Origin: Thermoplasmata archaeon
GTDB taxonomy: Archaea; Thermoplasmatota; Thermoplasmata; Lutacidiplasmatales; UBA184
Direction: 5' to 3'
Length of the DNA stretch: 64,000 nt
Assembly (NCBI GenBank): GCA_022750055.1
Contig: JAKIWL010000002.1
Coordinates: 21,042-85,041 of the forward strand
The position numbers were made by a program, and so were the translations under genes. The notes below the pieces were generated by a model. The model did no database searches, had not been told where the DNA came from, and saw nothing but the letters and a program-made list of their open reading frames with translations. Positions 37,430 through 46,334 of this stretch are shown here, piece after piece. How positions within the stretch are numbered: the first letter of the stretch is position 1; each line of letters starts with the position of its first letter.

Positions 37430-38401
37430 TCAGGCCCGGGGGGCGGCCTTGCGAGGTTCGGGGCGGGACTCGCGGGCCTGGAGCAGTTCCGTCGCCGGGA
37501 GGCTGGCCACGTCGAGCCCCCGCATCGGCTCCCCGAGTCCCTCGGAGACCCGGGCGAGGAGAGCCCAGTCCTCCGGATGGCTGGCCGCCTCGACGATCGC
37601 CTGCGCGACCCGGCTCGGTCTCTCCGCCTTGAAAATCCCACTCCCGACGAAGACGCCGTCCACACCGAGAAGTCGACACAGGGCGGCATCGGCGGGGGTC
37701 GCGATCCCGCCCGCCGCGAAATTCACCACGGGAAGCCGATGGAGCTGCTGGACCTCGAGCACGAGTGCCTCGGGCACCGCGGCCTCCTTCGCCCAGGCGT
37801 GAAGGGTCTTTCGGTCCATGTGTCCGAGCGCTTCGATGGCTTCGTTCACCTGCCGGATGTGCCGGACCGCCTCGACCACGTTCCCGGTGCCGGCCTCTCC
37901 CTTGGTCCGGATCATCGCCGCGCCCTCGTGGATGCGTCGCAAGGCCTCGCCGAGGTCCCGGGCGCCGCAGACGAACGGGACGCGGAACTGGCTCTTGTCC
38001 ACGTGCGAGAACGGGTCGGCGGGAGTGAGGACCTCCGACTCGTCGATCATGTCGACGTCCAGCGCCTCGAGGATGCGGGCCTCTGCCGTATGGCCGATCC
38101 GGCACTTGGCCATCACGGGGATGGAAACGTGTTCCTGGATCTCGCGGACCTTTCGGGGGTCCGCCATGCGGGCGACCCCGCCCGACGCTCGGATGTCGGC
38201 CGGGACCCGTTCGAGCGCCATGACCGCCACCGCCCCGGCTCCCTCGGCGATCTCGGCCTGCTCGGCGTTGGTCACGTCCATGATGACGCCGCCCTGCTGC
38301 ATACGCGCGAACCCGCGCTTGACGAGTTCGCTTCCGAATCGGAGCGATTCGACCGGATCGACCATCTCGTCAGGAGCGAGGGTAAGCGGCCTTAAAATCA
38401 T
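37430..38401 (-). CDS. pdxS: Pyridoxal 5'-phosphate synthase subunit PdxS (Pdx1)
   Basis: [35 protein letters not shown] (Lys/Asp active-site region), [31 protein letters not shown]. Start may instead be the internal MVDPVESL (38365). No pdxT adjacent. Confidence 0.9.
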   Translation of the reverse strand: MILRPLTLAPDEMVDPVESLRFGSELVKRGFARMQQGGVIMDVTNAEQAEIAEGAGAVAVMALERVPADIRASGGVARMADPRKVREIQEHVSIPVMAKCRIGHTAEARILEALDVDMIDESEVLTPADPFSHVDKSQFRVPFVCGARDLGEALRRIHEGAAMIRTKGEAGTGNVVEAVRHIRQVNEAIEALGHMDRKTLHAWAKEAAVPEALVLEVQQLHRLPVVNFAAGGIATPADAALCRLLGVDGVFVGSGIFKAERPSRVAQAIVEAASHPEDWALLARVSEGLGEPMRGLDVASLPATELLQARESRPEPRKAAPRA

Positions 38402-38469
38402 GCCGGCGCGGGCGCGACGAGGCTCCTGGGTCCCGTAGACGATAAGAAGGGCGACCGGTTCCCGTGGGT

Positions 38470-38600
38470 GCTGGGGGAGCTATGGTTCGGCTGAGAGGAC
38501 GGGCGCGCTCGCTCGTCGACCCCATGAACCTGACCGGGATAATGCCCGCGCAGGGAACGCGATGGGCGTTCTGAGAGCTCCCCCCGGATTCCGGGGGAGG
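38470..38600 (+). ncRNA. TPP (THI-box) riboswitch with downstream SD-overlapping hairpin, in the 5' leader of the thiamine-type ABC transporter operon
   Basis: P1 GGGGGAGC (about 38473-38480) pairs with GCUCCCCC (about 38577-38584). Conserved CUGAGA (38491-38496). THI-box ACCUGACCGGGAUAAUGCCCGCGCAGGGAA (about 38528-38557; consensus ACCUGAUCUGGAUAAUGCCAGCGUAGGGAA). Downstream hairpin CCCCCGG-AUU-CCGGGGG overlaps the GGAGG SD (38596-38600) 1 nt before ATG 38602. Coordinates +/-2. Confidence 0.75.
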
Positions 38601-38601
38601 C

Positions 38602-39789
38602 ATGGGGACTGACGCTCGGTCCACGGTAGGTCCGGTTCCCCTCCCCTCGCGCACTCACGCGAGGCCGGGTGTCACGGGCCGTCGGATCCTCGCCCTCGGA
38701 GTGGCCATCGGCGTGGTCCTCGCCGGACTGGGGGTCGGTTCCTACCTCGACTCTCACCACCTGTTTCCGTTCCAGAGCTCCCAACCCACCCTGACGATCT
38801 ACACGTACGAGAGCCTCTGGGGGGGATGCGGTTCGGCGAATCTGACCGCCCTGCTCCACGGGTTCGAGGTCGGGCATCACGCCCAGGTCAACCTCGAGTG
38901 CGTCTCGGGCACCCTTTCGAGCCGGCTCATCTCAGAGAAGAACGCCCCGGGCGCGGACCTCGTCATCGGACTCGACGAGGTGACGGCTCCCCAGGCGGAC
39001 GCGGCCGGGGTCTTGGTGCCGTACACGCCGCAGGAAGCCGCGAGCGAAGCGCCCTCGCTGCAGGCCGAGCTCGCCCCCGACCACTCGGTCACGCCGTACG
39101 AGTTCGGCTACCTGGGTATCGACTACTCTGGACCGTTCGCCCAGGCGACGCACGGTGGGGTCGCGAACTTCTCGCTCCCCGAGGTCGCGGCCAACTCGAC
39201 GTGGTCGAAGAGCCTGATGATCGAGGATCCGGCGAGCGACATCGTGGGCGAGGAGTTCCTGTTGTCGGAGATCGCGTTCTATCAGCAGGTGATGCATGCG
39301 AACTGGACGACCTTCTGGAAGCAGGTGGACCCGACGGTCCGAGTGAGCGACTCGTGGACGAACGCCTACACGGCGTTCACGACGCCCCCGGACAGCCCGC
39401 CGATGGTGGTCAGCTTCAGCACCGACCCCGCCGCCGCGTCCGGCGGAGGTACGCCGTCGTTCAACTCGACCCTGTATCACTGGAACGGCACGTCGTATGG
39501 GTGGCGGACGATCTACGGGATCGGGATCGTGAAGGGGACGGCTCACCTCGCGCTCGACCAGGCATTCGAGGGTTGGTTCCTTCAAGGGGCCGTGCAATCG
39601 GAGATCCCAACGAACGAATGGGTCTATCCGGCCAACGCGACCGCCCCCCTCCCGCCCAGCTTCGCTTGGGCCGCAGACCCGACCGGCGCGGTCGTGCTCA
39701 ATGGCGGACTCCCATCAAGCTCGATCCCCGGAAGCCTTCCCTATTGGCTGGACGAATGGCAGGCGATCGACAATCAGTACGGCGGGTAG
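38602..39789 (+). CDS. ABC transporter periplasmic/extracytoplasmic substrate-binding protein, thiamine/Fe3+ (TbpA-like) family
   Basis: N-terminal signal/TM RILALGVAIGVVLAGLGVG. TLTIYTYESLWGG opening. Size (395 aa) and operon with a 2-domain ThiP-like permease and an ATPase. Riboswitch-controlled. Confidence 0.8.
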   Translation: MGTDARSTVGPVPLPSRTHARPGVTGRRILALGVAIGVVLAGLGVGSYLDSHHLFPFQSSQPTLTIYTYESLWGGCGSANLTALLHGFEVGHHAQVNLECVSGTLSSRLISEKNAPGADLVIGLDEVTAPQADAAGVLVPYTPQEAASEAPSLQAELAPDHSVTPYEFGYLGIDYSGPFAQATHGGVANFSLPEVAANSTWSKSLMIEDPASDIVGEEFLLSEIAFYQQVMHANWTTFWKQVDPTVRVSDSWTNAYTAFTTPPDSPPMVVSFSTDPAAASGGGTPSFNSTLYHWNGTSYGWRTIYGIGIVKGTAHLALDQAFEGWFLQGAVQSEIPTNEWVYPANATAPLPPSFAWAADPTGAVVLNGGLPSSSIPGSLPYWLDEWQAIDNQYGG

Positions 39790-41414
39790 GCCCCTTCGAT
39801 CGCGACCTTCTCGGGGTCCTTCCGGTCCTCGGGTTCGTCGCCGCCGTCACGCTCCTCCCGGTGGCCCTCCTGTTCGCGACCGGAACCCTGGACGTTGGCG
39901 GGATGGCGGGGGTCGGCCGCATCCTGGAGGATCCGGTCAACGTGCGGGCGATCGAAAACTCGCTGACCGAGGGAGGCGCGAGCGCCCTGGCGGCCGTGGC
40001 GGTCGGCTATCCGAGCGGGGTGTTCCTAGGAAGGACACGGGTGCCGGGCCGACCCCTGTTGCTGTCGACGCTCCTGGTCCCGTTCCTGCTCCCGACGGTG
40101 GCCGTCGCGTTCGGGGTGGTCGAGATCTTCGGTCCGGGCGGGTTCGTCTCGGCGGCCGTTCCGGCGCTCGGGGTCCTCGGCTCCGGGTTCGGCGGGATCG
40201 TGTTGGCGAACGTCGTGTTCAACGCCCCGGTCGTCGTCCTGCTCACCGTGGTCGGCGTGGAATCGGCCCCCACCGACCTCGAGGAGACCGTTCGGTCCCT
40301 TGGTGGAGGTCCGGTCGAGGCGTTCCGGACGGTCTGGGGCCGACCCTCCCTCCTCGGGGCGCTCGCCGGGGGCCTCATCACGTTCCTTTTCTCGGCCCTC
40401 GCTTTCGCGGGTCCGATCCTGATCGGCGGAGCCCCCTGGTACACACTCGAAGCCCGGGTCTACTTTCTCGCTCAGACGCTCGCGGAAGGGCCCCAGGCCG
40501 CCGTCCTCGCGATGCTGACCGTCGCACTGCTCGCCCCGGCCACGATCCTGTATGTCTGGGTCGCGAGCCGGCTCCGATCCGGTGCGTCCCTACCCCGAGC
40601 CGGACCGCCCCGATTCGACCGACGGTCCCCGGCGGCTTGGGTCCTGGGCAGTTGGACTGGGTTCAGCGTCGCCGCGGTCGGCGCCCTCCTCGCTCTCGTC
40701 GTATACCGGGGGCTGGCTCCCTCCCCGCAGGGAGGCTTCGCCCAGTCCTTCGCCGAGCTCTTCACCCAGAGGGTGAGCCTCCTCCTCGGACTCTCCACGA
40801 CGTCCGCGGTGGCGAACACGGTAGCGTTCGCAGCGCTCTCGAGCCTGTCCGCCCTGTTGCTCGCCCTCACGGCGGCCCACTACCTGTCTCGACGACCGCG
40901 AGCGCAACGGGCTGTCGCGGCGGTCGCCTTCGCCCCGCTACTGATCTCCCCGATCGTCCTCTCCTTCGCCCTCGCCGAATTCGTACGCCCCGCGCTCGGG
41001 GGGGAATCGGCCGCTCCGCTCCTGATCATCCTGAGCCAGGCGACCCTCGCCCTACCGTTCGCATTGCAGGCCATCGGGCTCACGCTGTCCCGGACGAGCC
41101 CAGCGCCTGGCGAGGCGGCCAGGGCCCTCGGCGCGAGTGCCTGGCAGGCGTACCTCGATGTGGAACTCCCGTCGATCCGATCCGGTCTCCGCGCAGCCGC
41201 CCTCTTTGCGTTCGCGCTCGGGCTCGGCGAGTTCACGTCGACGAACTTCCTCGCGAACGTTCCCTCGACCACCCTGTCGGTCGAGCTCTATCACCTTCAA
41301 TCGGTCCGGCTCGCCGGCCCGGCCGATGCGGTGGCGGCCCTCCTCGTCCTGGTTAGCCTCGCCGTGTTCGGGGCGGTCGCCCTGTGGGGGGAGGGAAGGA
41401 CCGATGTCCTCTGA
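39756..41414 (+). CDS. ABC transporter permease, fused two-domain (ThiP-like)
   Basis: Start ATG 39756, 34 nt inside the SBP gene. The track ORF from 38826 is an out-of-frame read-through of the SBP gene. About 12 TM helices. Two EAA-like loops (ETVRSLGGGPVEAFRTV and ARALGASAWQAYLDVELPSIRSG). Confidence 0.8.
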   Translation: MAGDRQSVRRVGPFDRDLLGVLPVLGFVAAVTLLPVALLFATGTLDVGGMAGVGRILEDPVNVRAIENSLTEGGASALAAVAVGYPSGVFLGRTRVPGRPLLLSTLLVPFLLPTVAVAFGVVEIFGPGGFVSAAVPALGVLGSGFGGIVLANVVFNAPVVVLLTVVGVESAPTDLEETVRSLGGGPVEAFRTVWGRPSLLGALAGGLITFLFSALAFAGPILIGGAPWYTLEARVYFLAQTLAEGPQAAVLAMLTVALLAPATILYVWVASRLRSGASLPRAGPPRFDRRSPAAWVLGSWTGFSVAAVGALLALVVYRGLAPSPQGGFAQSFAELFTQRVSLLLGLSTTSAVANTVAFAALSSLSALLLALTAAHYLSRRPRAQRAVAAVAFAPLLISPIVLSFALAEFVRPALGGESAAPLLIILSQATLALPFALQAIGLTLSRTSPAPGEAARALGASAWQAYLDVELPSIRSGLRAAALFAFALGLGEFTSTNFLANVPSTTLSVELYHLQSVRLAGPADAVAALLVLVSLAVFGAVALWGEGRTDVL

Positions 41415-42384
41415 ACCTCGGCTCGAGGTCCGATCCCTATCGGCCGCCTGGGGGTCTAACGAGGTCCTGACGGACGTGAGTCTCTCGGTCCAGCCGGGGG
41501 AGTTCGTGGTCCTGATGGGGCCGAACGGGAGCGGGAAGACGACCCTCCTGCGTACCATCGCGGGGTTCGAGTGGCCCACGCGGGGGGCGGTCCGCCTGGA
41601 CGGTCGCGACGTCACGGCACTCCCGCCCCATCGCCGAGGCATCGGGATCCTGTTCCAGGAACCGGCCCTGTTCCCGGGGCGCTCGGTCTGGGAGAACATC
41701 GCCTACGGCCTCGAGCTCGCGCGCCGTCCGGACGCCGAGGTCCAACAGCAGGTGGCCGCGTTGAGCCAGCTGCTCGACCTCGACGGACTGCTCAAGCGAG
41801 CGCCCGAAGCGCTGTCCGGGGGCGAACGGCAGCGGGTTGCCCTCGCGAGAACGCTCGCGCCCGGGCCTTCGATCGTGCTCCTCGACGAGCCGTTCGCGTC
41901 GGTCGACCCCGAACGGCGCGCGGGGCTGCGGGCGGCGTTCCGAGCCGCGCTGCGACGCCTGGGCGTTGCCGCGATCCATGTTACGCACGACCGCGAGGAG
42001 GGGCTGTTCCTCGGGGACCGGGTGGTTCTGTTGCTCTCGGGGCGGGTCGTACAGAGTGGACCCCCGATGCAGGTCTACCGGAATCCCAGTTCCCCCGAGG
42101 CCGCCTCCTTCCTCGGTTACAACGTCCTCCAAGAAGGCGGCCGGCTGGTGGCGGTCGACCCGAGGGACATCGAACTTCGCCCGCCCGGGGAGGGGATCGC
42201 CGCCGAGGTCGAAGCGTCCGGTTCGACCGCGGAGGGTTCCTCCATCATGCTCCGACTCCTCACGGGGACGCGGCTCGAGGCGCGGGTTTCCGGCGAGCGC
42301 CCCCCCGTCGGGGCCGGTCAGACCGTGGCCGTTCGCTGGAGCCGGTCGGTCGCCCTCGATGGGGCCGGCCGTACCCGAGGGTAA
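41404..42384 (+). CDS. ABC transporter ATP-binding protein with C-terminal TOBE-like domain
   Basis: Start ATG 41404, 11-nt overlap with the permease. Walker A GPNGSGKTT. Signature LSGGERQRVALAR. Walker B IVLLDEPFASVD. H-loop HVTHD. Confidence 0.9.
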   Translation: MSSEPRLEVRSLSAAWGSNEVLTDVSLSVQPGEFVVLMGPNGSGKTTLLRTIAGFEWPTRGAVRLDGRDVTALPPHRRGIGILFQEPALFPGRSVWENIAYGLELARRPDAEVQQQVAALSQLLDLDGLLKRAPEALSGGERQRVALARTLAPGPSIVLLDEPFASVDPERRAGLRAAFRAALRRLGVAAIHVTHDREEGLFLGDRVVLLLSGRVVQSGPPMQVYRNPSSPEAASFLGYNVLQEGGRLVAVDPRDIELRPPGEGIAAEVEASGSTAEGSSIMLRLLTGTRLEARVSGERPPVGAGQTVAVRWSRSVALDGAGRTRG

Positions 42385-42401
42385 CCGACCCGGAGCGTGC
42401 C

Positions 42402-43127
42402 TCAGTCGTCCCGGCGGCGGCGACGCGGTCGCTCCTCGTCGTCGCCCCGGGGGCGCGAGTATCTTCGCCGGTTGTCCGAGGCGTACGGGGGAGCCCTCGG
42501 CCTTCCGCCCCAGCCGGGGCGGCGGTCGAACCCTCGGGTCGGTCGGTCCTCCCGCGGTCGCATGGTAAAGGTGTTCCCGCACGAGCGGCACGTCCCGGTG
42601 ACGGTCCCATCGTCGTTCTGGCCGAAGTCGAGCGGCCCACCGCATTGTCGACAGGGCCGTGCCGGCGGGCGGTCTCCCGCTCCCGCATCGCGCGACGGGC
42701 CTCGTGGGGCTCTCTCGAAACGCCCCTGGCCTCGGGGCGGGCCGCGGTCGCCGCCGAAGCTGCGGCCGGGTCGGGGCGGTCGGGACGCCTCTTCCTCGTC
42801 CTCTTCGGCGTCGTCGCCACCGTTGTCGCCATTCGGCCCGCCCGGCGCGGGGACGGATAGACGGGTGGTGGTCTCGCAGGAGGCACATACGGCATCGACA
42901 CTATGATCGGGTAGGACGCTGAAGCTCAGGGCGGCCCCGCACTCCCAGCACGGGGCAGAGGGGGAGGCCGAAGCGGCCGCGGCTCGATCGCCCTCCACCG
43001 GCGCCCCCGAGGAAGGGGCCACGACTACCATCGAGTGGCCGCAGTTAGAGCAGGTCCCCTCGAGCACCTCGAGAGACCGGGCTCGATACTCGACGTCGGC
43101 TCCGCAATCCGCGCAGGACTTCGCCAT
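42402..43127 (-). CDS. Triple zinc-ribbon protein with Arg/Asp-rich disordered C-terminal tail
   Basis: Start trimmed to ATG 43127 (MAKSCADCGAD...). Three C-x2-C...C-x2-C units: CADCG..CSNCG, CWECG..CASCE, CRQCG..CRSCG. Tail RRYSRPRGDDEERPRRRRRDD. 241 aa. Confidence 0.6.
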   Translation of the reverse strand: MAKSCADCGADVEYRARSLEVLEGTCSNCGHSMVVVAPSSGAPVEGDRAAAASASPSAPCWECGAALSFSVLPDHSVDAVCASCETTTRLSVPAPGGPNGDNGGDDAEEDEEEASRPPRPGRSFGGDRGPPRGQGRFERAPRGPSRDAGAGDRPPARPCRQCGGPLDFGQNDDGTVTGTCRSCGNTFTMRPREDRPTRGFDRRPGWGGRPRAPPYASDNRRRYSRPRGDDEERPRRRRRDD

Positions 43128-43207
43128 AAGAACGAAACCGTGTACGCGTGCCCTCTTTAGGCCTCGGGGTCGGGATACGGGACGGCCCATGCTCGCGATG
43201 GGCGAAA

Positions 43208-43324
43208 AGCGGGGAGCCGGATTTGAACCGGCGAACGCCTACGCGACAGGATCTCATCGAGGGCCGGCGGCGACGCCGGTCCTCGTTTAAGTCCTGCGCC
43301 GTTTCCGGGCTTGGCTATCCCCGC
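43208..43324 (-). tRNA. tRNA-Leu(UAA) with a 33-nt intron at the canonical 37/38 position; no encoded CCA; followed by oligo-T
   Basis: Minus-strand read: acceptor GCGGGGA/UCCCCGC (7 bp perfect). U8. D arm GCCAAGCCCGGAAACGGC. Anticodon stem CAGGA/UCCUG with loop CUUAAA|intron|A. Intron CGAGGACCGGCGUCGCCGCCGGCCCUCGAUGAG contains a self-complementary helix GAGGACCGGCG/CGCCGGCCCUC (BHB-like). Long variable arm UCGCGUAGGCGUUC. T arm GCCGG-UUCAAAU-CCGGC. Discriminator U then UUU. Intron about 43253..43285. Confidence 0.85.
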
Positions 43325-43327
43325 ACG

Positions 43328-43624
43328 CTAGCGGGCGACGGCGGCGGCTTGCGCTTCCGGAGCGGCGGCCTTCGGGGTTCGCTTCATCGAGACCCGCTTC
43401 GGGAAGTACTTCAGCAGCACCACATCGTTGACCGCCGAGACCCATCGGTACGGAACGTTGATCGGTTTGGAATCCTCGACTAATAATGGGCTAGGCTCGT
43501 CCAGGTAGATCCCATCCACCTTGGACCCTTCCACATCGACCACAACGTTTCCGACTTCCCCCAGAAGGCGCCCTTCCGGGGTGAAGACCTGGCGACCCAG
43601 CAGTTCCGTCATCTCGACCAGCAT
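43328..43624 (-). CDS. PRC-barrel domain protein (98 aa)
   Basis: MLVEMTELLGRQVFTPEGRLLGEVGNVVVDVEGSKVDGIYL... is the typical PRC-barrel pattern. Ends 4 nt from the tRNA 5' end. Confidence 0.65.
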   Translation of the reverse strand: MLVEMTELLGRQVFTPEGRLLGEVGNVVVDVEGSKVDGIYLDEPSPLLVEDSKPINVPYRWVSAVNDVVLLKYFPKRVSMKRTPKAAAPEAQAAAVAR

Positions 43625-43792
43625 GCCGCGATACCCAGACCGCCGACGGCGGTTTCTCCTATAAGCCCTTTACGCGGGAGTGGGCCCGGGCAAGGGCTCG
43701 CCGAGAACCGGAGCGATGCCGCTCGTCGGAAAACTCGATTCACAGTAGGCAGATCGTCGAGAGCCTACGAATGGATCGGACCGGCCCCCCCC

Positions 43793-45574
43793 TCACGCGG
43801 AGGGTTCCTCCGGCGAAGCCTGCTTGACCTGAGATTGGTAGAGTCGGACGAGCTCCTGGGCCGTCGTGGCGTCCGTGGGGCCTTTGTCATCGCGGAAGCG
43901 GCCAGTGAAGCGCGGGAATCGGAGGGCGAGCCCGAACCCGACGCGCAGCTTCCCCAGCGCCGCGGGATGGGTCGGGCTGAGGGTCAGCTCAGCCCCCCGG
44001 ATCTCGAGGACCAGGCCCGGGCGCATCCATCGGTCGGCGGTGAGGGACGTCCTGACCTTCGGGTCCTCCGAGTCGAGTTCGAAGGGCGTCAGCCGGGCGG
44101 GAAGCGCCTGAAGCGTGGCGTCATCGAATCCGCTTCCGACCTTGCAGAACGTCTCGAACTGATCCTGGTCCGGATCGTAGACAGCCATGAGCAGGGCGCC
44201 GTATCGGCCCGCCCTTCGGCCCTTGCCGTAGAACGCCCCGACCACAACCCCGTCGACGGAGTCGGCGAGGCCATGGGTGTACTCGCGCTTGTACTTGATC
44301 CACCAAAACCCCCGCGCCCCGGCCCGGTAGGCGCTTTCGGGAGCGAGGGACTTGGCCATCACACCCTCTCCTCCCGCCGCGATGCATCGGTCGAAGTAGG
44401 CCTGGGCCTCCTCGACGGAGTGGACGAGCTGTTGATCCGCGAGCCGGACGCGCTCCCCCGGGACGATGAGACGCTCGAGGGAGCGGCGCCGATCCGGGAA
44501 TGGCAGGGTGGCGGTCTCGGTCGTGCCGTCGAGGAGGACGTCGAACAGGAAGATCGAGACCGGGATCTCCGACTGCATCCGCTCTAGGTCGTACTTGCGG
44601 CCCCGCCGACGAGAGATCTCCTGGAAGGGTCGGATCTCGTCGGTGTCCGAATCGACGGCGACGCACTCCCCCTCGACGATGGCGGGTCGATGTTGGACTG
44701 CGGCGGCGAGAGCGGGGCGCAACTCCGGAAATTGGTCTCCGATCTCCTCGAGCCGGCGGGAGAAGAGACGGACCGACCCATCGGTCGCGATGTGGGCCTG
44801 GACCCGTAGCCCGTCGTACTTCATCTCGAGCGCCGCCGCCCCCTCCATCCGCTTGAGCACGTCGGCCAGGTCCGGGGACCGCTCGGCGAGCATCGGTCGG
44901 ATCGGACGCCCAACCTCGAGGTGGATCGAAGCGAGCGCATCGAGGCCGCCCTTCGAGATCGTCTGGGCGACGAGGCCGAGGTCGCTCGAGACGTTGAACG
45001 CGTCCTCGATCCGCCGACGCGACTCCTTCGTTCCGTCTCCGAACGCGACGGCGAGGGCGTCGAGGATCGTCATCTCCCGCACGCCGAGCCGAAGTTGACC
45101 CAACACGAACCGGACGAGGTACTTCGCTTCGACCGGTTCGCTGCGAGCGAGGAGCTCGACCAACGCCTGTACCTTGACCTCCTGGGACCCCGCCCCCCGA
45201 GCATCTGCGACCGCCCGAAGCTTCTCATACACCTCGGCTACCGAAAGCGCAGGGGTCGACGCGGACCGGGCGTTTCGGAGCTTCAGCTCCTCCACCGTAA
45301 GGCCTAGGTCGCCCGACCGCTGCTGCGCGACGAGGACCTCCGGCGCCTCGACCCCGGTCGCCTCGGCGACCGCCCGCCGGGCGAGCGAATCAGCGACGCC
45401 GAGCTCGACGCCCTCGTACTCCGGTCGGAGCTGCCCTTGAGAAAGGAAGAGGACCGCTGGAAGCTCCCCGATGGTCGAGCTCCGTACGAGCTCGGCGAGC
45501 ACATCTCGCAGTTCCGTTCGCTTGGTCGTCGCGTCGAGGCGTTCGTACGCGGCGACCAGGTCGGCGTACTTCAT
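43793..45574 (-). CDS. lig: ATP-dependent DNA ligase
   Basis: Adenylation motif I KYDGLRVQAH (KxDG). Motif III FLFDVLLDG. Motif IV EGVMAK. Motif V LLMAVYD. N-terminal DNA-binding domain MKYADLVAAYERL. 593 aa. ATG overlaps the rpe stop (ATGA). Confidence 0.9.
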   Translation of the reverse strand: MKYADLVAAYERLDATTKRTELRDVLAELVRSSTIGELPAVLFLSQGQLRPEYEGVELGVADSLARRAVAEATGVEAPEVLVAQQRSGDLGLTVEELKLRNARSASTPALSVAEVYEKLRAVADARGAGSQEVKVQALVELLARSEPVEAKYLVRFVLGQLRLGVREMTILDALAVAFGDGTKESRRRIEDAFNVSSDLGLVAQTISKGGLDALASIHLEVGRPIRPMLAERSPDLADVLKRMEGAAALEMKYDGLRVQAHIATDGSVRLFSRRLEEIGDQFPELRPALAAAVQHRPAIVEGECVAVDSDTDEIRPFQEISRRRGRKYDLERMQSEIPVSIFLFDVLLDGTTETATLPFPDRRRSLERLIVPGERVRLADQQLVHSVEEAQAYFDRCIAAGGEGVMAKSLAPESAYRAGARGFWWIKYKREYTHGLADSVDGVVVGAFYGKGRRAGRYGALLMAVYDPDQDQFETFCKVGSGFDDATLQALPARLTPFELDSEDPKVRTSLTADRWMRPGLVLEIRGAELTLSPTHPAALGKLRVGFGLALRFPRFTGRFRDDKGPTDATTAQELVRLYQSQVKQASPEEPSA

Positions 45575-46251
45575 CCGGTGGCCCCGGTGGCGACCGCCCG
45601 AAGTGCGTGGAGGTTGGCGTCGACCTCTCCGCCCGAGAACACGGAGTTGCCGCAGACGAAGAAGGTGGCGCCGGCCTCCGCGGCGGGTCGAGCCGTCTCG
45701 ACGGTGATCCCCCCATCGATCGAGATGTCCGCGTGCGGACGCATGTCACCTAGGTGACTGCGGGCCTCTCGGAGCTTCGGCAGAACTTCAGGCAGGAACC
45801 GTTGACCGGAGAAGCCGGGGTGGACGCTCATCACGAGGACCTGGTCGAGCCGCCCGAGGAACGGTTCGACCATTTCGAACGGCGTTCCGGGGCGGAGGGC
45901 GACGCCGACCCGAGTCTTCAGACGCTGGATCTCGGCGATCACGTCCTCGGGCCGATCGGCGGACTCGACATGGAAGACGAGCGTGTCGCCGCCCGCATCG
46001 ACGAAGGCGGGGGCGAATCGGAGCGGGTGCTCGATCATGAGATGCACGTCGAGGGGGAGCCGGGTTCGCCGGCGCACGGCCCGAACGAGCGCCGGTCCGA
46101 AGGAGATGTTCGGGACGAAGTGTCCGTCCATGACGTCGAGATGCAGGGCGTCGGCCCCTCCCGCCTCGGACTTTCGGATCGCGGAGGTCAGGTCGGAAAA
46201 ATCGGCCGAGAGCAGCGAGGGCGCGAGACGAATCCCTCGCTCCGCCACCAC
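45571..46251 (-). CDS. rpe: Ribulose-phosphate 3-epimerase
   Basis: Start trimmed to the in-frame GTG at 46251 (VVAERGIRLAPSLLSADF...), placed about 25 nt downstream of a TATATATA box. HLDVMDGHFVPNISFG, DVHLMIEHP, SVHPGFSGQ, ISIDGGITVETA. 226 aa. Confidence 0.85.
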   Translation of the reverse strand: MVAERGIRLAPSLLSADFSDLTSAIRKSEAGGADALHLDVMDGHFVPNISFGPALVRAVRRRTRLPLDVHLMIEHPLRFAPAFVDAGGDTLVFHVESADRPEDVIAEIQRLKTRVGVALRPGTPFEMVEPFLGRLDQVLVMSVHPGFSGQRFLPEVLPKLREARSHLGDMRPHADISIDGGITVETARPAAEAGATFFVCGNSVFSGGEVDANLHALRAVATGATG

Positions 46252-46267
46252 GTAAGCGAACTTCGAG

Positions 46268-46284
46268 TGAGTATATATATCGGC
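46268..46284. promoter_or_regulatory. Palindromic TATA element (gagtatatatatcgg) in the divergent rpe/peptide-SBP promoter region
   Basis: It is the only AT-rich run in the 46252-46334 intergenic region. About -25 from the rpe GTG on the minus strand. About 55-60 nt upstream of the SBP ATG 46335 on the plus strand. Confidence 0.45.
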
Positions 46285-46334
46285 GACGGGGTGAAGCGGC
46301 CGGTTCCTCTCGTCGAGGAAACCGGAAAAAAACG

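Noticed and set aside
37430-38401. Absence of pdxT next to pdxS as a possible anomaly
   Set aside because: pdxS and pdxT are frequently unlinked in archaea. Not informative without the rest of the genome.
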